From the NCBI GenBank assembly GCA_964619405.1, contig CAZUCF010000001.1:33633-97632 (forward strand): DNA of 64,000 nt, read 5' to 3'. Shown piece after piece: positions 19,759 through 29,633 of this stretch. Position 1 is the first letter of the stretch, and the number at the start of each line of letters is the position of its first letter. The notes beneath the pieces are model-generated. The model saw nothing but the letters and a program-made list of their open reading frames with translations, ran no database searches and had not been told where the DNA came from. The position numbers were made by a program, and so were the translations under genes. Source of the DNA: an uncultured archaeon (GTDB lineage: Archaea > Iainarchaeota > Iainarchaeia > Iainarchaeales > JAAZKV01).

Positions 19759-22746
19759 ATGGTTACTGATTACTTGGAAGACTTATTAAACGAGGCAAAA
19801 AAAGATTCTAATAATAAAGAAGTGATTAAGGAAAACACACAAAAAATTAGTGAAGAAGAAGTTGCTAAAGATGTTAAAAAAGAGGATTTAAAAAAATTTG
19901 AGGAAAAACTTTCGCAAAACGAACTAGAACAAAAAATTGAACCAAACGACAAAAAAGAAAAAACAGAAGTAGAAAAAGAGTTAGAATCACAAAAAAAAAT
20001 TGAGTTAAAAAAATATGGAAAAACAACTATTTACGAAGTTCCAGGCAAAGCAATGAAATATTATTTTGTACCAACATTAAGACCAACATCAGCTGAAAGA
20101 AAAATAATTAATACTATAAAAGAAGCAACAACAAGACTAATTAGTATTGCACCATTCAGAATAAGAAATAATGATGAAAGAAGAATAATTTACAAGCAAA
20201 AAGTTCTTGACATAATAAAAAATAACCCATCATTAAACATTCCACCAACAAGAGTATCATTTTATGCTGACGCGGTAGTAAGAGAAATGGTTGGGTACGG
20301 TTTAATTGATGATTTAATAAAAGACGATAATTTAGAAGAAATAATGATTGTTGGCTCCAAAAAACCTGTTTTTGTTTTCCACAGAGAATATGAAATGATG
20401 CAAACTAATATAGAATTTTTTTCAGAACAAGAAATTGAGGATTTAGTAAACAAAATCGCAAGAGAAGTTGGACGAAGAGTAGATGTGTCAGCACCACTAC
20501 TTGACGCGAGATTATCTGATGGTAGCAGAATAAATGCTACAATACCACCAGCAAGTATTAGTGGTGGAACACTAACAATAAGAAAATTTAGGGAAGACCC
20601 TTACTCAATAATAGATTTAGTAAGAATGAATACTTTGAATAGTGAGGCAGCAGCGTTCCTATGGATGTGCGTTGATGGACTAGGAGTAAAACCAGCAAAC
20701 ATGCTGATTAGTGGTGGTACTGGCTCAGGAAAAACAACTCTTTTGAATGTGCTAGCATCATTCATACCAGAAAGAGAAAGAATAGTAACAATAGAAGACA
20801 CGGCAGAATTAAACCTACCCTTAAAACACTGGATTAGATTAGAAGCAAGGCCACCTGGATTAGAAGGAACAGGCGAACTAAAAATGGATATTCTAACAAA
20901 AAATTCTTTGAGAATGCGACCAGACAGAATAATTGTTGGAGAAGTAAGACACGAAGAAGCATTCACATTATTCACTGCTATCAACACGGGGCATGATGGA
21001 GCAATAATTGGTGAAAGCTTAATACAATTATCAAACGGAGAATTAATTGAAGCACAAAAACTATGTGAAAAATATTTTGATAAACCAATAAAAGAAAATG
21101 ATTACGAATTTGTTGAAATTAACGACGAATTATTTGTTCCAAGTTTAAACAAAGAAACATTAAAAATAGAAGACAAAAAAATAAATAGGATTTGGAGAAA
21201 AAAGAATGAAAAAAAATTGTTAAAAATAAAATTGCGTTCTGGAAAAGAATTAATCCTAACTAAAGATCATCCAATTTACAAAATTTGCAATGGAATAAGT
21301 GAAATAAATGCAGAAAATGTTTTAATTGGGGATTATATTGCCACACCAACAACAATAAAAATGAAATCTGAAGAAAGTATTGAGTGCCCATATTATTTAG
21401 GATTAGTTTATGGTGATGGGCACATAGGACAAGAAAGTATTGAATTTACAAACAAAGAAATTTCTCTAATAAATGCTTTTGAAGAAGAAGCAAAACAAAT
21501 AACAAAAAATAAAATTAAAAGAAAATTAAAAAATGCATATTATAGTTCATTTTATGATAAAAAAGCAGTGCGAAACCTAAACATAAATTATGAAATACCA
21601 ATTGGAAATAAAACAAAAACATTTGTACTAGGAAAAGAAATCATGCAAGGAAACGAAAAAGATTTAAGTGAATTAATAAAAGGGTTATTTGATTGCGAAT
21701 CACATGTTAACTTGCATTCAAACAGCATACAATTTTCTACATCAAATTTTGATTTAGCAAAAAAACTACCTTTAATATTACAAAGATTCGGAATACAATC
21801 CTCAACAAACATTCAAGAAAAAGATGGTAAAGGAAATATTGGACCATATTACAGAATATCAATTTATGGAAAAGACAATTTAGAAAAATACTCTCAAAAA
21901 ATTGGTTACAAGCATTCAGCAAAAAAAGAAGCATTAAAAGAATTAATTAAAAAATCAAAAAACTCTTTAGATTTGTTTCCAAACATGCAAAATGTTTTAA
22001 GGGATTTGAGAACAGAAAATAATTTAACACAAAAAGAATTATCTTTTTTAATTGGTAATAATACACCAAGTGTTTCATTATCACACGAAATAGGGACAAG
22101 AGCACCAACAAGAGAAATGTTAGAAAAAATTTGTAAACAAACCAATGGTAAAACAAAAAAACAATTAGAAATATTAACAAAATCAGATATTAGGTTTGAA
22201 AAAATAATTTCAATAAGCGAATATAATTACGATGGTTTTGTTTATGATTTAACTGTTGAAGACAACCATAATTACATTGCTAACGGAGTAATAATAAGTA
22301 ATTGCCTTGGAACAGTACACGCGAATTCTCCAGAAGAAACAATAGTAAGAGTGACTAGCCCGCCAATGAATGTACCAAACATAATGCTCTCAGGATTAGA
22401 CATGATAATAGTTGAACACAGGTACCACGACAGAAAAAAAGGAACTATTAGAAGAATAAGTGAAATAGCAGAAGTATATGGGGGCCTAGAAGGAAAACCA
22501 AAAACACAAACATTGTTTCAAAGAGATGCTGTAAAAGATTATTTGGAAAGAACAATGATTGATAGCATGTACTTAAAACAATTAAGAACTTTTACTGGTT
22601 TGTCAAAAGATAATTTGGATGCTGAGTTAAAACTAAGACAACAATTCATAGAAAATCTTGCTGAAAAAAATTTGAGAGAATTAAAAGATGTTAGTAAGAA
22701 AGCACATGACTTCATTAACAAAAGAAATCTAGGTGAAAAAATATGA
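19759..22746 (+). CDS. Type IV pilus assembly ATPase (VirB11/CpaF/KlbA family) containing an intein
   Basis: PLLDARLSDGSRINA, Walker A GGTGSGKTT, TIEDTAEL, LRMRPDRIIVGEVR, GHDG|intein|CLGTVHAN. Confidence 0.95.
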   Translation: MVTDYLEDLLNEAKKDSNNKEVIKENTQKISEEEVAKDVKKEDLKKFEEKLSQNELEQKIEPNDKKEKTEVEKELESQKKIELKKYGKTTIYEVPGKAMKYYFVPTLRPTSAERKIINTIKEATTRLISIAPFRIRNNDERRIIYKQKVLDIIKNNPSLNIPPTRVSFYADAVVREMVGYGLIDDLIKDDNLEEIMIVGSKKPVFVFHREYEMMQTNIEFFSEQEIEDLVNKIAREVGRRVDVSAPLLDARLSDGSRINATIPPASISGGTLTIRKFREDPYSIIDLVRMNTLNSEAAAFLWMCVDGLGVKPANMLISGGTGSGKTTLLNVLASFIPERERIVTIEDTAELNLPLKHWIRLEARPPGLEGTGELKMDILTKNSLRMRPDRIIVGEVRHEEAFTLFTAINTGHDGAIIGESLIQLSNGELIEAQKLCEKYFDKPIKENDYEFVEINDELFVPSLNKETLKIEDKKINRIWRKKNEKKLLKIKLRSGKELILTKDHPIYKICNGISEINAENVLIGDYIATPTTIKMKSEESIECPYYLGLVYGDGHIGQESIEFTNKEISLINAFEEEAKQITKNKIKRKLKNAYYSSFYDKKAVRNLNINYEIPIGNKTKTFVLGKEIMQGNEKDLSELIKGLFDCESHVNLHSNSIQFSTSNFDLAKKLPLILQRFGIQSSTNIQEKDGKGNIGPYYRISIYGKDNLEKYSQKIGYKHSAKKEALKELIKKSKNSLDLFPNMQNVLRDLRTENNLTQKELSFLIGNNTPSVSLSHEIGTRAPTREMLEKICKQTNGKTKKQLEILTKSDIRFEKIISISEYNYDGFVYDLTVEDNHNYIANGVIISNCLGTVHANSPEETIVRVTSPPMNVPNIMLSGLDMIIVEHRYHDRKKGTIRRISEIAEVYGGLEGKPKTQTLFQRDAVKDYLERTMIDSMYLKQLRTFTGLSKDNLDAELKLRQQFIENLAEKNLRELKDVSKKAHDFINKRNLGEKI
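21001..22302 (+). mobile_element. KlbA-type (Ala1, class 2) intein, 434 aa, with LAGLIDADG endonuclease and XRE-like HTH
   Basis: Starts AIIGESLIQLSNG after GHDG; block B LTKDHP; YLGLVYGDG and LIKGLFDCES; LRTENNLTQKELS HTH; block F/G FVYDLTVEDNHNYIANGVIISN|C. Confidence 0.93.
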
Positions 22747-23837
22747 GTGACTTAAAAATTAATGAAGAAGAAGTAAACCAAATAGTAGAAACAATGAAAA
22801 AAAAATATAGGCAAGAAGGAATTGAAATTGAAGATGTTGATAACAGTTTAAAAGAATTAAGAGGAATAATTGCTGATAATTCTTACTCAAAAATTGATTT
22901 GGAAAATGAAGAGGACTTAGAACAATTTGGCTCAAATTTGGTAAAACAATTAGGAAACATTTATGTTAAATTAAAAAAAATACTTAAACCAATAAAAAAT
23001 ATTTTGAAAGAATTTCCTTTGAGTGAGGAAATAGGTTACTATCTTTACTCAGCAAACATGCGTTACTCAGCAAACCAATATTTAGCATTAGCTAGCGCAA
23101 GTGGCTTTGTAGTAGCATTACTAACAATAATAATAATTTTTTTTATAGGCGTAATATCACAAGATTTGTTATTCACAATTATTGTTCCAATAAGTGCTGG
23201 TTTTGTAGCATGGTTATTTTCAACAATAATAATATTATATTTACCAAAAAAGTTTGCAAAAACTAGGGGCGCAAAAATTTCTGTTGAACTACCATTTGCT
23301 TTAAGACACATGTCAACAGAACTCAAAGCAGGAATAGGCTTGTACAAAACAATACAAGCAATAGCAATAAATGATTACGGTGTCCTAAGCGAAGAATTTT
23401 CAAGGACAATAAATGAGATAGAAGAAGGCTCTGATACATCAACAGCATTAAAACACACTGCCTTAAGAACACAAAGTTTACCATTAAGAAAAGCTATTAA
23501 CCACATACTAAGAGCAATGCGTATTGGTGGGAACCTTTCAGATACCATGAATGACATAGCAGAAGATGTTTCAACCGAAATGAAAAACAGGATAGGAATT
23601 TTTTCCCAAAAAATGAATTTTTTTTCAGTAATATTTATTTTCATTGGAATTGTTTTACCAGTAGCAATAATGATTCTTGGTTCAATAAGAAATTCCCCGT
23701 TAGCAGCAACAGGAGAAGATTTATTCAAAAACATTCCACTAACACCCGAAATAATGTTTTTGATTTACATAATAGGAATGCCAATAATTTTTTTGTTAAT
23801 GATTTTTATGGTTTACAACATGCAACCAAAAATGTGA
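22743..23837 (+). CDS. Type II secretion F-domain (TadC-like) pilus platform protein
   Basis: ELPFALRHMSTELKAGIGL, YGVLSEEF, TM helices; ATGA overlap with the ATPase. Confidence 0.9.
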   Translation: MSDLKINEEEVNQIVETMKKKYRQEGIEIEDVDNSLKELRGIIADNSYSKIDLENEEDLEQFGSNLVKQLGNIYVKLKKILKPIKNILKEFPLSEEIGYYLYSANMRYSANQYLALASASGFVVALLTIIIIFFIGVISQDLLFTIIVPISAGFVAWLFSTIIILYLPKKFAKTRGAKISVELPFALRHMSTELKAGIGLYKTIQAIAINDYGVLSEEFSRTINEIEEGSDTSTALKHTALRTQSLPLRKAINHILRAMRIGGNLSDTMNDIAEDVSTEMKNRIGIFSQKMNFFSVIFIFIGIVLPVAIMILGSIRNSPLAATGEDLFKNIPLTPEIMFLIYIIGMPIIFLLMIFMVYNMQPKM

Positions 23838-23841
23838 TTTT

Positions 23842-24750
23842 ATGGATTTGATTACAAAATACAATGATTGGGTAAAATTTTCTAAGTTACCTTATAACGC
23901 AATTGTTTGGGTTAGCCTAGCAATAGGAACAACAATACTAGTAGCAATTGTTTCAATAATACTAAATTTTTTCATACTACAAGAAATGACTTTATTACCC
24001 ATTGCTTTTACAACAGCAACACTAGTACTAATGCTTGGTTACCCTTACATGAAAAAAGAATCAATCATTGATACAATAGAATACAATTTTAGTGACGCTC
24101 TAAAACAAATGGCTGATACTTTAAAAGCAGGAGACACTTACGAAAGCGCTTTAAGAGAAGTAGTTAACTCTGGTTATGGTAGATTATCAGACGAAATGCA
24201 AATCGCTTTAATAAGATTAGAAGAAGGAGAAAACATTGACACATCATTAAGGGGCTTCGCAGAAAGAATTGATTCAAGACTAATAAAAAGAACTATAACA
24301 ATATTATTAGACTCAATAAAAACTGGTGCTAGTCTAGCAAATATTTTAGAGGACATTGCAGACGATGTTAGAGAATCATACAGATTAAAAGAAGAAAGAA
24401 AAGCGAACACAACAATGCAATTCATGTTCATGATTGCTGCAAGCGGTTTTATAACACCGCTAATCTTTGGGGAAATAACAGCAATAATGAATTTGTTTGG
24501 AAGAATAACTGTAACACAATTACTCGCAGGACAAGCAATAACTGGAAACACTGCAACAAACTTTGTTTTCATTCTAATACAAGCTTATCTAATAATAGAG
24601 GTCATTGCTTCAGGAGTAATGATGGCTATAATAAGAGAAGGAAAATTTGGAAAAAGTATTATTTACATTCCCCTCTTACTAATAATAGTTTTCTTAACCT
24701 ATTATCTTACAAGTTATGTAATAAGTTTAATGTTACTAGGTGTATTTTAA
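23842..24750 (+). CDS. Type II secretion F-domain (TadB/C-like) pilus platform protein
   Basis: FSDALKQMADTLKAG, YGRLSDE, TGASLANILEDIADD, TM helices. Confidence 0.9.
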   Translation: MDLITKYNDWVKFSKLPYNAIVWVSLAIGTTILVAIVSIILNFFILQEMTLLPIAFTTATLVLMLGYPYMKKESIIDTIEYNFSDALKQMADTLKAGDTYESALREVVNSGYGRLSDEMQIALIRLEEGENIDTSLRGFAERIDSRLIKRTITILLDSIKTGASLANILEDIADDVRESYRLKEERKANTTMQFMFMIAASGFITPLIFGEITAIMNLFGRITVTQLLAGQAITGNTATNFVFILIQAYLIIEVIASGVMMAIIREGKFGKSIIYIPLLLIIVFLTYYLTSYVISLMLLGVF

Positions 24751-24890
24751 TGGAAGAAAAAGCACAAGTGAGTTTAGAGTACTTGCTAATAATAATTGGG
24801 GCAATAATAGTTGTTACAACAGTCGCAATGTACATTAAGGCAACAGCACAATCAACAACACAAGCAATACAAGAACAAGGAAAAAACTAG
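24750..24890 (+). CDS. Very small pilin with class III signal peptide (46 aa)
   Basis: Manual translation MEEKA|QVSLEYLLIIIGAIIVVTTVAMYIKATAQSTTQAIQEQGKN*; TAATG coupling to upstream gene; below ORF-track size cutoff. Confidence 0.85.
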   Translation: MEEKAQVSLEYLLIIIGAIIVVTTVAMYIKATAQSTTQAIQEQGKN

Positions 24891-24896
24891 TTCAAA

Positions 24897-25020
24897 GTGA
24901 ACCTCCCCACACTAAAGTGTGGGGCTTCTGCTGGTTTACAGCAGAAGTATTCACTTTTCCGTCAACGGAAAAGAAATCTCAAACTCCAACGTAAACGTTG
25001 AAGATTTCTTTTGGGTTGAT
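24897..25020 (-). mobile_element. Non-coding multi-hairpin element resembling an IS200/IS605 right end (PATE/MITE-like or omegaRNA scaffold), no transposase or TnpB
   Basis: Minus strand ends GAAGCCCCACACTTTAGTGTGGGGAGGTTCAC; four further stems; GC content far above flanks. Confidence 0.65.
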
Positions 25021-25139
25021 TAAAAAAAAACTTTAAAACTATTAAACCAAAAAAAAAACTTGTTAAAGAATAGGTTTAAAAATAATAAAAACTTTAATAG
25101 AATAGGTAATTTTTATTAAATTGAACGGAGGGAAATGAA

Positions 25140-25424
25140 ATGGATAAAAAAGGACAAGGAGCAATTGAATACTTATTAATCATTGGAGCAGCAATACTTG
25201 TTGTAGCAGTAGTAATAATAGCACTAGTTAGTGTTACAGGAGCAGCAACAGATGATACAACAGGAGAAGAGGCTCAAGCAGCACAACTATTACAAAGTTG
25301 TATTGCATCATGCGGAACAATTGGCGGAGACTGGAATTATAATGATAATTTGTGTTATTCAATAGCACAACCAACTAACTGGCCAATCAAATGTTACGAC
25401 TATAACGCAATAGCAGTTAACTAA
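25140..25424 (+). CDS. Pilin, class III signal peptide (DUF361-like)
   Basis: MDKKG|QGAIEYLLIIGAAILVVAVVIIAL; SD GGAGG upstream; four Cys in the C-domain. Confidence 0.9.
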   Translation: MDKKGQGAIEYLLIIGAAILVVAVVIIALVSVTGAATDDTTGEEAQAAQLLQSCIASCGTIGGDWNYNDNLCYSIAQPTNWPIKCYDYNAIAVN

Positions 25425-25548
25425 ACTTAATTAAAGATTTGTTTGAAAAGGCCTTAACGCCTTTTCAAAAACTATTTTTTTGATACTAAAACAGAGTAAT
25501 TTAAAAATAACAAAAAACACAATAAGTAATATAATTATTGTGATAAAA

Positions 25549-28500
25549 ATGCAAAATGAAGAAAATTTAGCGCAAACAGCAATAGAGTACTTGCTAATAA
25601 TAGCAGGCGTAATTATTATTGTTACAATAATAGCTTTTTTTTCTAAGTCAATAATGCTAACCGCAACACAAACAATTGACGAGACAATAAACCTTGAAGA
25701 AGAAGTAAAAGTAACCGAAAACAAAATTTCGTTATACTATCCCAATAATACAACATATTTAACAGGAAAAATAATTTTTGCTTACGCGCCACAAAGCCCA
25801 ATTGAAATAAACTCGTGCAAATTAATAGTAAATGAAAAAGAAGAAGAAATTAATTTTAGTATTAGCAAAAACAAAATGAATATTTTTGAAAAAGATGCTA
25901 ATGATTTTCCAATAGGAAATCATTCTTGGAATATTGAGTGCGAAGACTCAAACAATGCTTTGTTCCAAGGAACACAAAAATATTTTACAATCCAAGAAGG
26001 AATCGTTGAACCAGAACAACCAATTGAACCACCACCATTACTATTTTCTGGCGGAGACGGAACAATAAACAACCCATACCAAATAACAAAAATAGAACAC
26101 TTAAACACAATAAGATACTACCCAGACAAAAATTTCATTCTAATGAATGATCTTGATTTTGAAAACAATTCTAATTACAATAACCCAATATACAAAAACT
26201 ATTTTATAACAAATGAAGGATGGAAATCAATAGGAATAACAAATTATTGTATTACAAATATTGTAAATCTTTATTGTAAGTATAATAGTAGTAAGACCAC
26301 TTGTGAAAATTCTTGTGATGGAAATTATATTGATGGAAACATATTCACTGGAAACTTTAACGGAAATAATCACACAATAAAAAATTTGTATTCAAACAAA
26401 CCACTGCATAATTACATAGGATTATTTGGAAGCACTAACAATTCACAAATAAAAAATTTGATTATAGAAGACGCAAACATAATTGGAAGAGATTACACAG
26501 GAGGAATAATAGGTTACGCAAACAACTCAATAATTAATAATATTAGTTTTGAAGGAATTATTTCAGGAAAAAATTATGTTGGCGGAATAATTGGAAGCGC
26601 AAACAATTCACAAATAAATATTTTAAAAAATACTAGTAATATAAACGCACAAGAAGTTGTTGGAGGAATAATAGGACAATCAGATCAACACACAATAATA
26701 ACAAACACACAAAACATTGGAAGCATAAATGGAATAACGGATGTTGGAGGAATAGCTGGAAGAGCACCCAATATTCAAAATTCTTTAAATTCAGGAGATA
26801 TCAATGGAACAGAAAACATTGGAGGAATAATGGGCCAATCAAACTCATTATATACTAATAATATAAAAAACACATACAACATTGGAACAATTAATGGCAA
26901 CACTAATGCAGGTGGTTTTGCCGGTAAATTAAATTCAACAATTGGAATAACCAATTCTGGTTGGTGGACGGGAACAACAACACAATCAATCGGAACACAC
27001 CCTGATTATGAACTAACTTATAATGAAATAAATAAAACAAATTTTTACCCAACAGAACATTTAATTTACACCAATGGAAATGAACCATGGGACTTTGATA
27101 ATATTTGGTTAGAAAGAGACAACAATTACCCAATACTAAGAATAATAAATGAATCAGAAACACCAACACCCCCACAACAAGAACTACCACCAGTACAATT
27201 CGCTGGCGGAGACGGAACAATAAACAACCCATACCAAATAACAAAAATAGAACACTTAAACACAATAAGATACTACCCAGACAAAAATTTCATTCTAATG
27301 AATGACCTTGATTTTGAAAATGACAATGATTACAACAACTCAGAAAACAAAAATTATTTTATAACAAACGAAGGATGGAGCTCAATAGGAAAAAAAACTT
27401 ATTGTGAAACAAGCAGCACCAACACAATTTGTAAAAATAATCAAACAACTTGTGAATTCACATGCAATGGAATATGGTTTGAAGAAAATTTATTCACAGG
27501 AAATTTTAACGGAAATTACAAAAAAATAAATAATTTGTATTCAAACAAACCATTACACGATTACACAGGATTATTTGGAAGCATTAAAAATTCTGAAATA
27601 AAAAATTTGATTATAGAAGACGCAAACATAATTGGAAGAGATAACACAGGTGGAATAATAGGCGATGCAAACCTCGCAAAAATCAATAATGTAAGTTTTA
27701 AAGGAATTATTTCAGGAAAAAATAATGTGGGCGGAATAACAGGAAATATAAGTAGCTCAAATATTGATAATACAAAAAATTTTGGAAAAATAAATGCACA
27801 AGAAAATGTAGGAGGAATAACCGGGAATGTAAAAAACACTTCAATAAACAATGCATTTAATACTCAAGAAATAAACGGAACAACAAATGTCGGAGGAATA
27901 ACCGGGAACCATTCTGGTGGATTAATTACCAATGTAATAAATATTGGCCAAATTAATGGAACAATAAATGTTGGAGGAATAGCTGGAAGAGCACCCAATA
28001 TTCAAAATTCTTTAAATTCAGGAGATATCAATGGAACAGAAAACATTGGAGGAATAATGGGCCAATCAAACTCATTATATACTAATAATATAAAAAACAC
28101 ATACAACATTGGAACAATTAATGGCAACACTAATGCAGGTGGTTTTGCCGGTAAATTAAATTCAACAATTGGAATAACCAATTCTGGTTGGTGGACGGGA
28201 ACAACAACACAATCAATCGGAACACACCCTGATTATGAACTAACTTATAATGAAATAAATAAAACAAATTTTTACCCAAAAGAACACCTAATTTACACAG
28301 CTCAATCACCAATCTGGGATTTTGAAAACACTTGGTTAGAAAGAGACAACAATTACCCAATACTAAAAACAATGAATGAAATAGAACGCTTACCCCAGTT
28401 CCCAAATGGCGATGGAACAATAAACAACCCATACCAAATAACAAAAGTAGAACACTTAAACACAATAAGATACTATTTAAACTCAAATTTTGTTTTAATG

Positions 28501-29598
28501 AATGACCTAGACTTTGAAAACAATAATAATTATATTAATCCTGAAAACAAAAATGATTTTATATTTGGAGAAGGTTGGGATCCTATTGGAAAAACAAATT
28601 ATTGCATAACAAGCAATACTACTACAAATTGTAATGACTGGAAAAGTGTTTGTGAAAATACTTGCAAAGGAATTTGGATTGAAACAAATTTATTCACAGG
28701 AAATTTTAACGGAAATAATAATACAATAAAAAATTTGTATTCAAACAAACCACAACACAATTACACTGGATTATTTGGAAGCATATCTAATTCAGAAATA
28801 AAAAATTTGATTATAGAAGACGCAAACATAATTGGAAAAGAATTTATAGGTGGAATAATTGGTAGCACAAATTATTCAATAATAAATAATGCAAGTTTTG
28901 AAGGAAACATTTCAGGAAAAAATTATGTTGGCGGAATAATTGGTTACGCAAATAACTCTGACATAAATAACACAAAAAATTATGGAAAAATAAATGCACA
29001 AGACAGAGTAGGTGGAATAATAGGATCGGTCGTACGCAGTAAAATAAACAATTCTTTTAATAATAACAAAATATCTGGTGCAAACTCTATTGGCGGAATA
29101 ATAGGCTTTTCACAAGGAGCCACAACAAAATACACAAATGTAATAAATATTGGAAGCATAAATGGGCAAACTAATGTTGGCGGAATAATTGGTTACGATT
29201 ATTATTCAGAAATAAAAAACTCTTTAAATGCAGGAGATATCAATGGAACAAGCCAAATAGGAGGAATAACCGGCCAAACAATTAATCAAACAAACAAAAT
29301 AGATAATTCATATAATATTGGTTTGATTACAGGTACTGAAGATATTGGGGGAATAATAGGAAACATTTATTCAACAACATCATTAACAATAACCAATTCA
29401 GGTTGGTGGACAGGAACAACAACACAAGCAATCGGAAACAACACAACTATTGTGTTCAGTTATAATGAAACAAACAAAACAAATTTTTACCCAAAAGAAC
29501 ATTTAATTTACACCAATGGAAATGAACCATGGGACTTTGATAATATTTGGTTAGAAAGAGACAACAATTACCCAATACTAAGAATAATGAATGAATAA
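25549..29598 (+). CDS. Giant pilin-anchored adhesin with three GLUG/ZmpB-like beta-helical modules
   Basis: NLA|QTAIEYLLIIAGVIII N-terminus; three modules each starting GDGTINNPYQIT, FTGNFNGN, many VGGIIG repeats, ending WDFxNxWLERDNNYPIL; many N-x-S/T sequons. Confidence 0.88.
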   Translation: MQNEENLAQTAIEYLLIIAGVIIIVTIIAFFSKSIMLTATQTIDETINLEEEVKVTENKISLYYPNNTTYLTGKIIFAYAPQSPIEINSCKLIVNEKEEEINFSISKNKMNIFEKDANDFPIGNHSWNIECEDSNNALFQGTQKYFTIQEGIVEPEQPIEPPPLLFSGGDGTINNPYQITKIEHLNTIRYYPDKNFILMNDLDFENNSNYNNPIYKNYFITNEGWKSIGITNYCITNIVNLYCKYNSSKTTCENSCDGNYIDGNIFTGNFNGNNHTIKNLYSNKPLHNYIGLFGSTNNSQIKNLIIEDANIIGRDYTGGIIGYANNSIINNISFEGIISGKNYVGGIIGSANNSQINILKNTSNINAQEVVGGIIGQSDQHTIITNTQNIGSINGITDVGGIAGRAPNIQNSLNSGDINGTENIGGIMGQSNSLYTNNIKNTYNIGTINGNTNAGGFAGKLNSTIGITNSGWWTGTTTQSIGTHPDYELTYNEINKTNFYPTEHLIYTNGNEPWDFDNIWLERDNNYPILRIINESETPTPPQQELPPVQFAGGDGTINNPYQITKIEHLNTIRYYPDKNFILMNDLDFENDNDYNNSENKNYFITNEGWSSIGKKTYCETSSTNTICKNNQTTCEFTCNGIWFEENLFTGNFNGNYKKINNLYSNKPLHDYTGLFGSIKNSEIKNLIIEDANIIGRDNTGGIIGDANLAKINNVSFKGIISGKNNVGGITGNISSSNIDNTKNFGKINAQENVGGITGNVKNTSINNAFNTQEINGTTNVGGITGNHSGGLITNVINIGQINGTINVGGIAGRAPNIQNSLNSGDINGTENIGGIMGQSNSLYTNNIKNTYNIGTINGNTNAGGFAGKLNSTIGITNSGWWTGTTTQSIGTHPDYELTYNEINKTNFYPKEHLIYTAQSPIWDFENTWLERDNNYPILKTMNEIERLPQFPNGDGTINNPYQITKVEHLNTIRYYLNSNFVLMNDLDFENNNNYINPENKNDFIFGEGWDPIGKTNYCITSNTTTNCNDWKSVCENTCKGIWIETNLFTGNFNGNNNTIKNLYSNKPQHNYTGLFGSISNSEIKNLIIEDANIIGKEFIGGIIGSTNYSIINNASFEGNISGKNYVGGIIGYANNSDINNTKNYGKINAQDRVGGIIGSVVRSKINNSFNNNKISGANSIGGIIGFSQGATTKYTNVINIGSINGQTNVGGIIGYDYYSEIKNSLNAGDINGTSQIGGITGQTINQTNKIDNSYNIGLITGTEDIGGIIGNIYSTTSLTITNSGWWTGTTTQAIGNNTTIVFSYNETNKTNFYPKEHLIYTNGNEPWDFDNIWLERDNNYPILRIMNE
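26741..27052 (+). repeat. 312-bp exact direct repeat, copy 1 (copy 2 at 27968-28279) inside the adhesin gene
   Basis: Base-by-base comparison by eye; offset 1227 nt. Confidence 0.9.
27968..28279 (+). repeat. 312-bp exact direct repeat, copy 2
   Basis: Identical to 26741-27052. Confidence 0.9.
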
Positions 29599-29633
29599 TA
29601 GAAAAGAATAATAAGTTTAAAATAATTAATTAA

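Noticed and set aside
26741..28279. DGR template/variable repeat pair in the adhesin
   Set aside because: Copies are identical rather than differing at adenines, both are in-frame coding, and no reverse transcriptase is in the window
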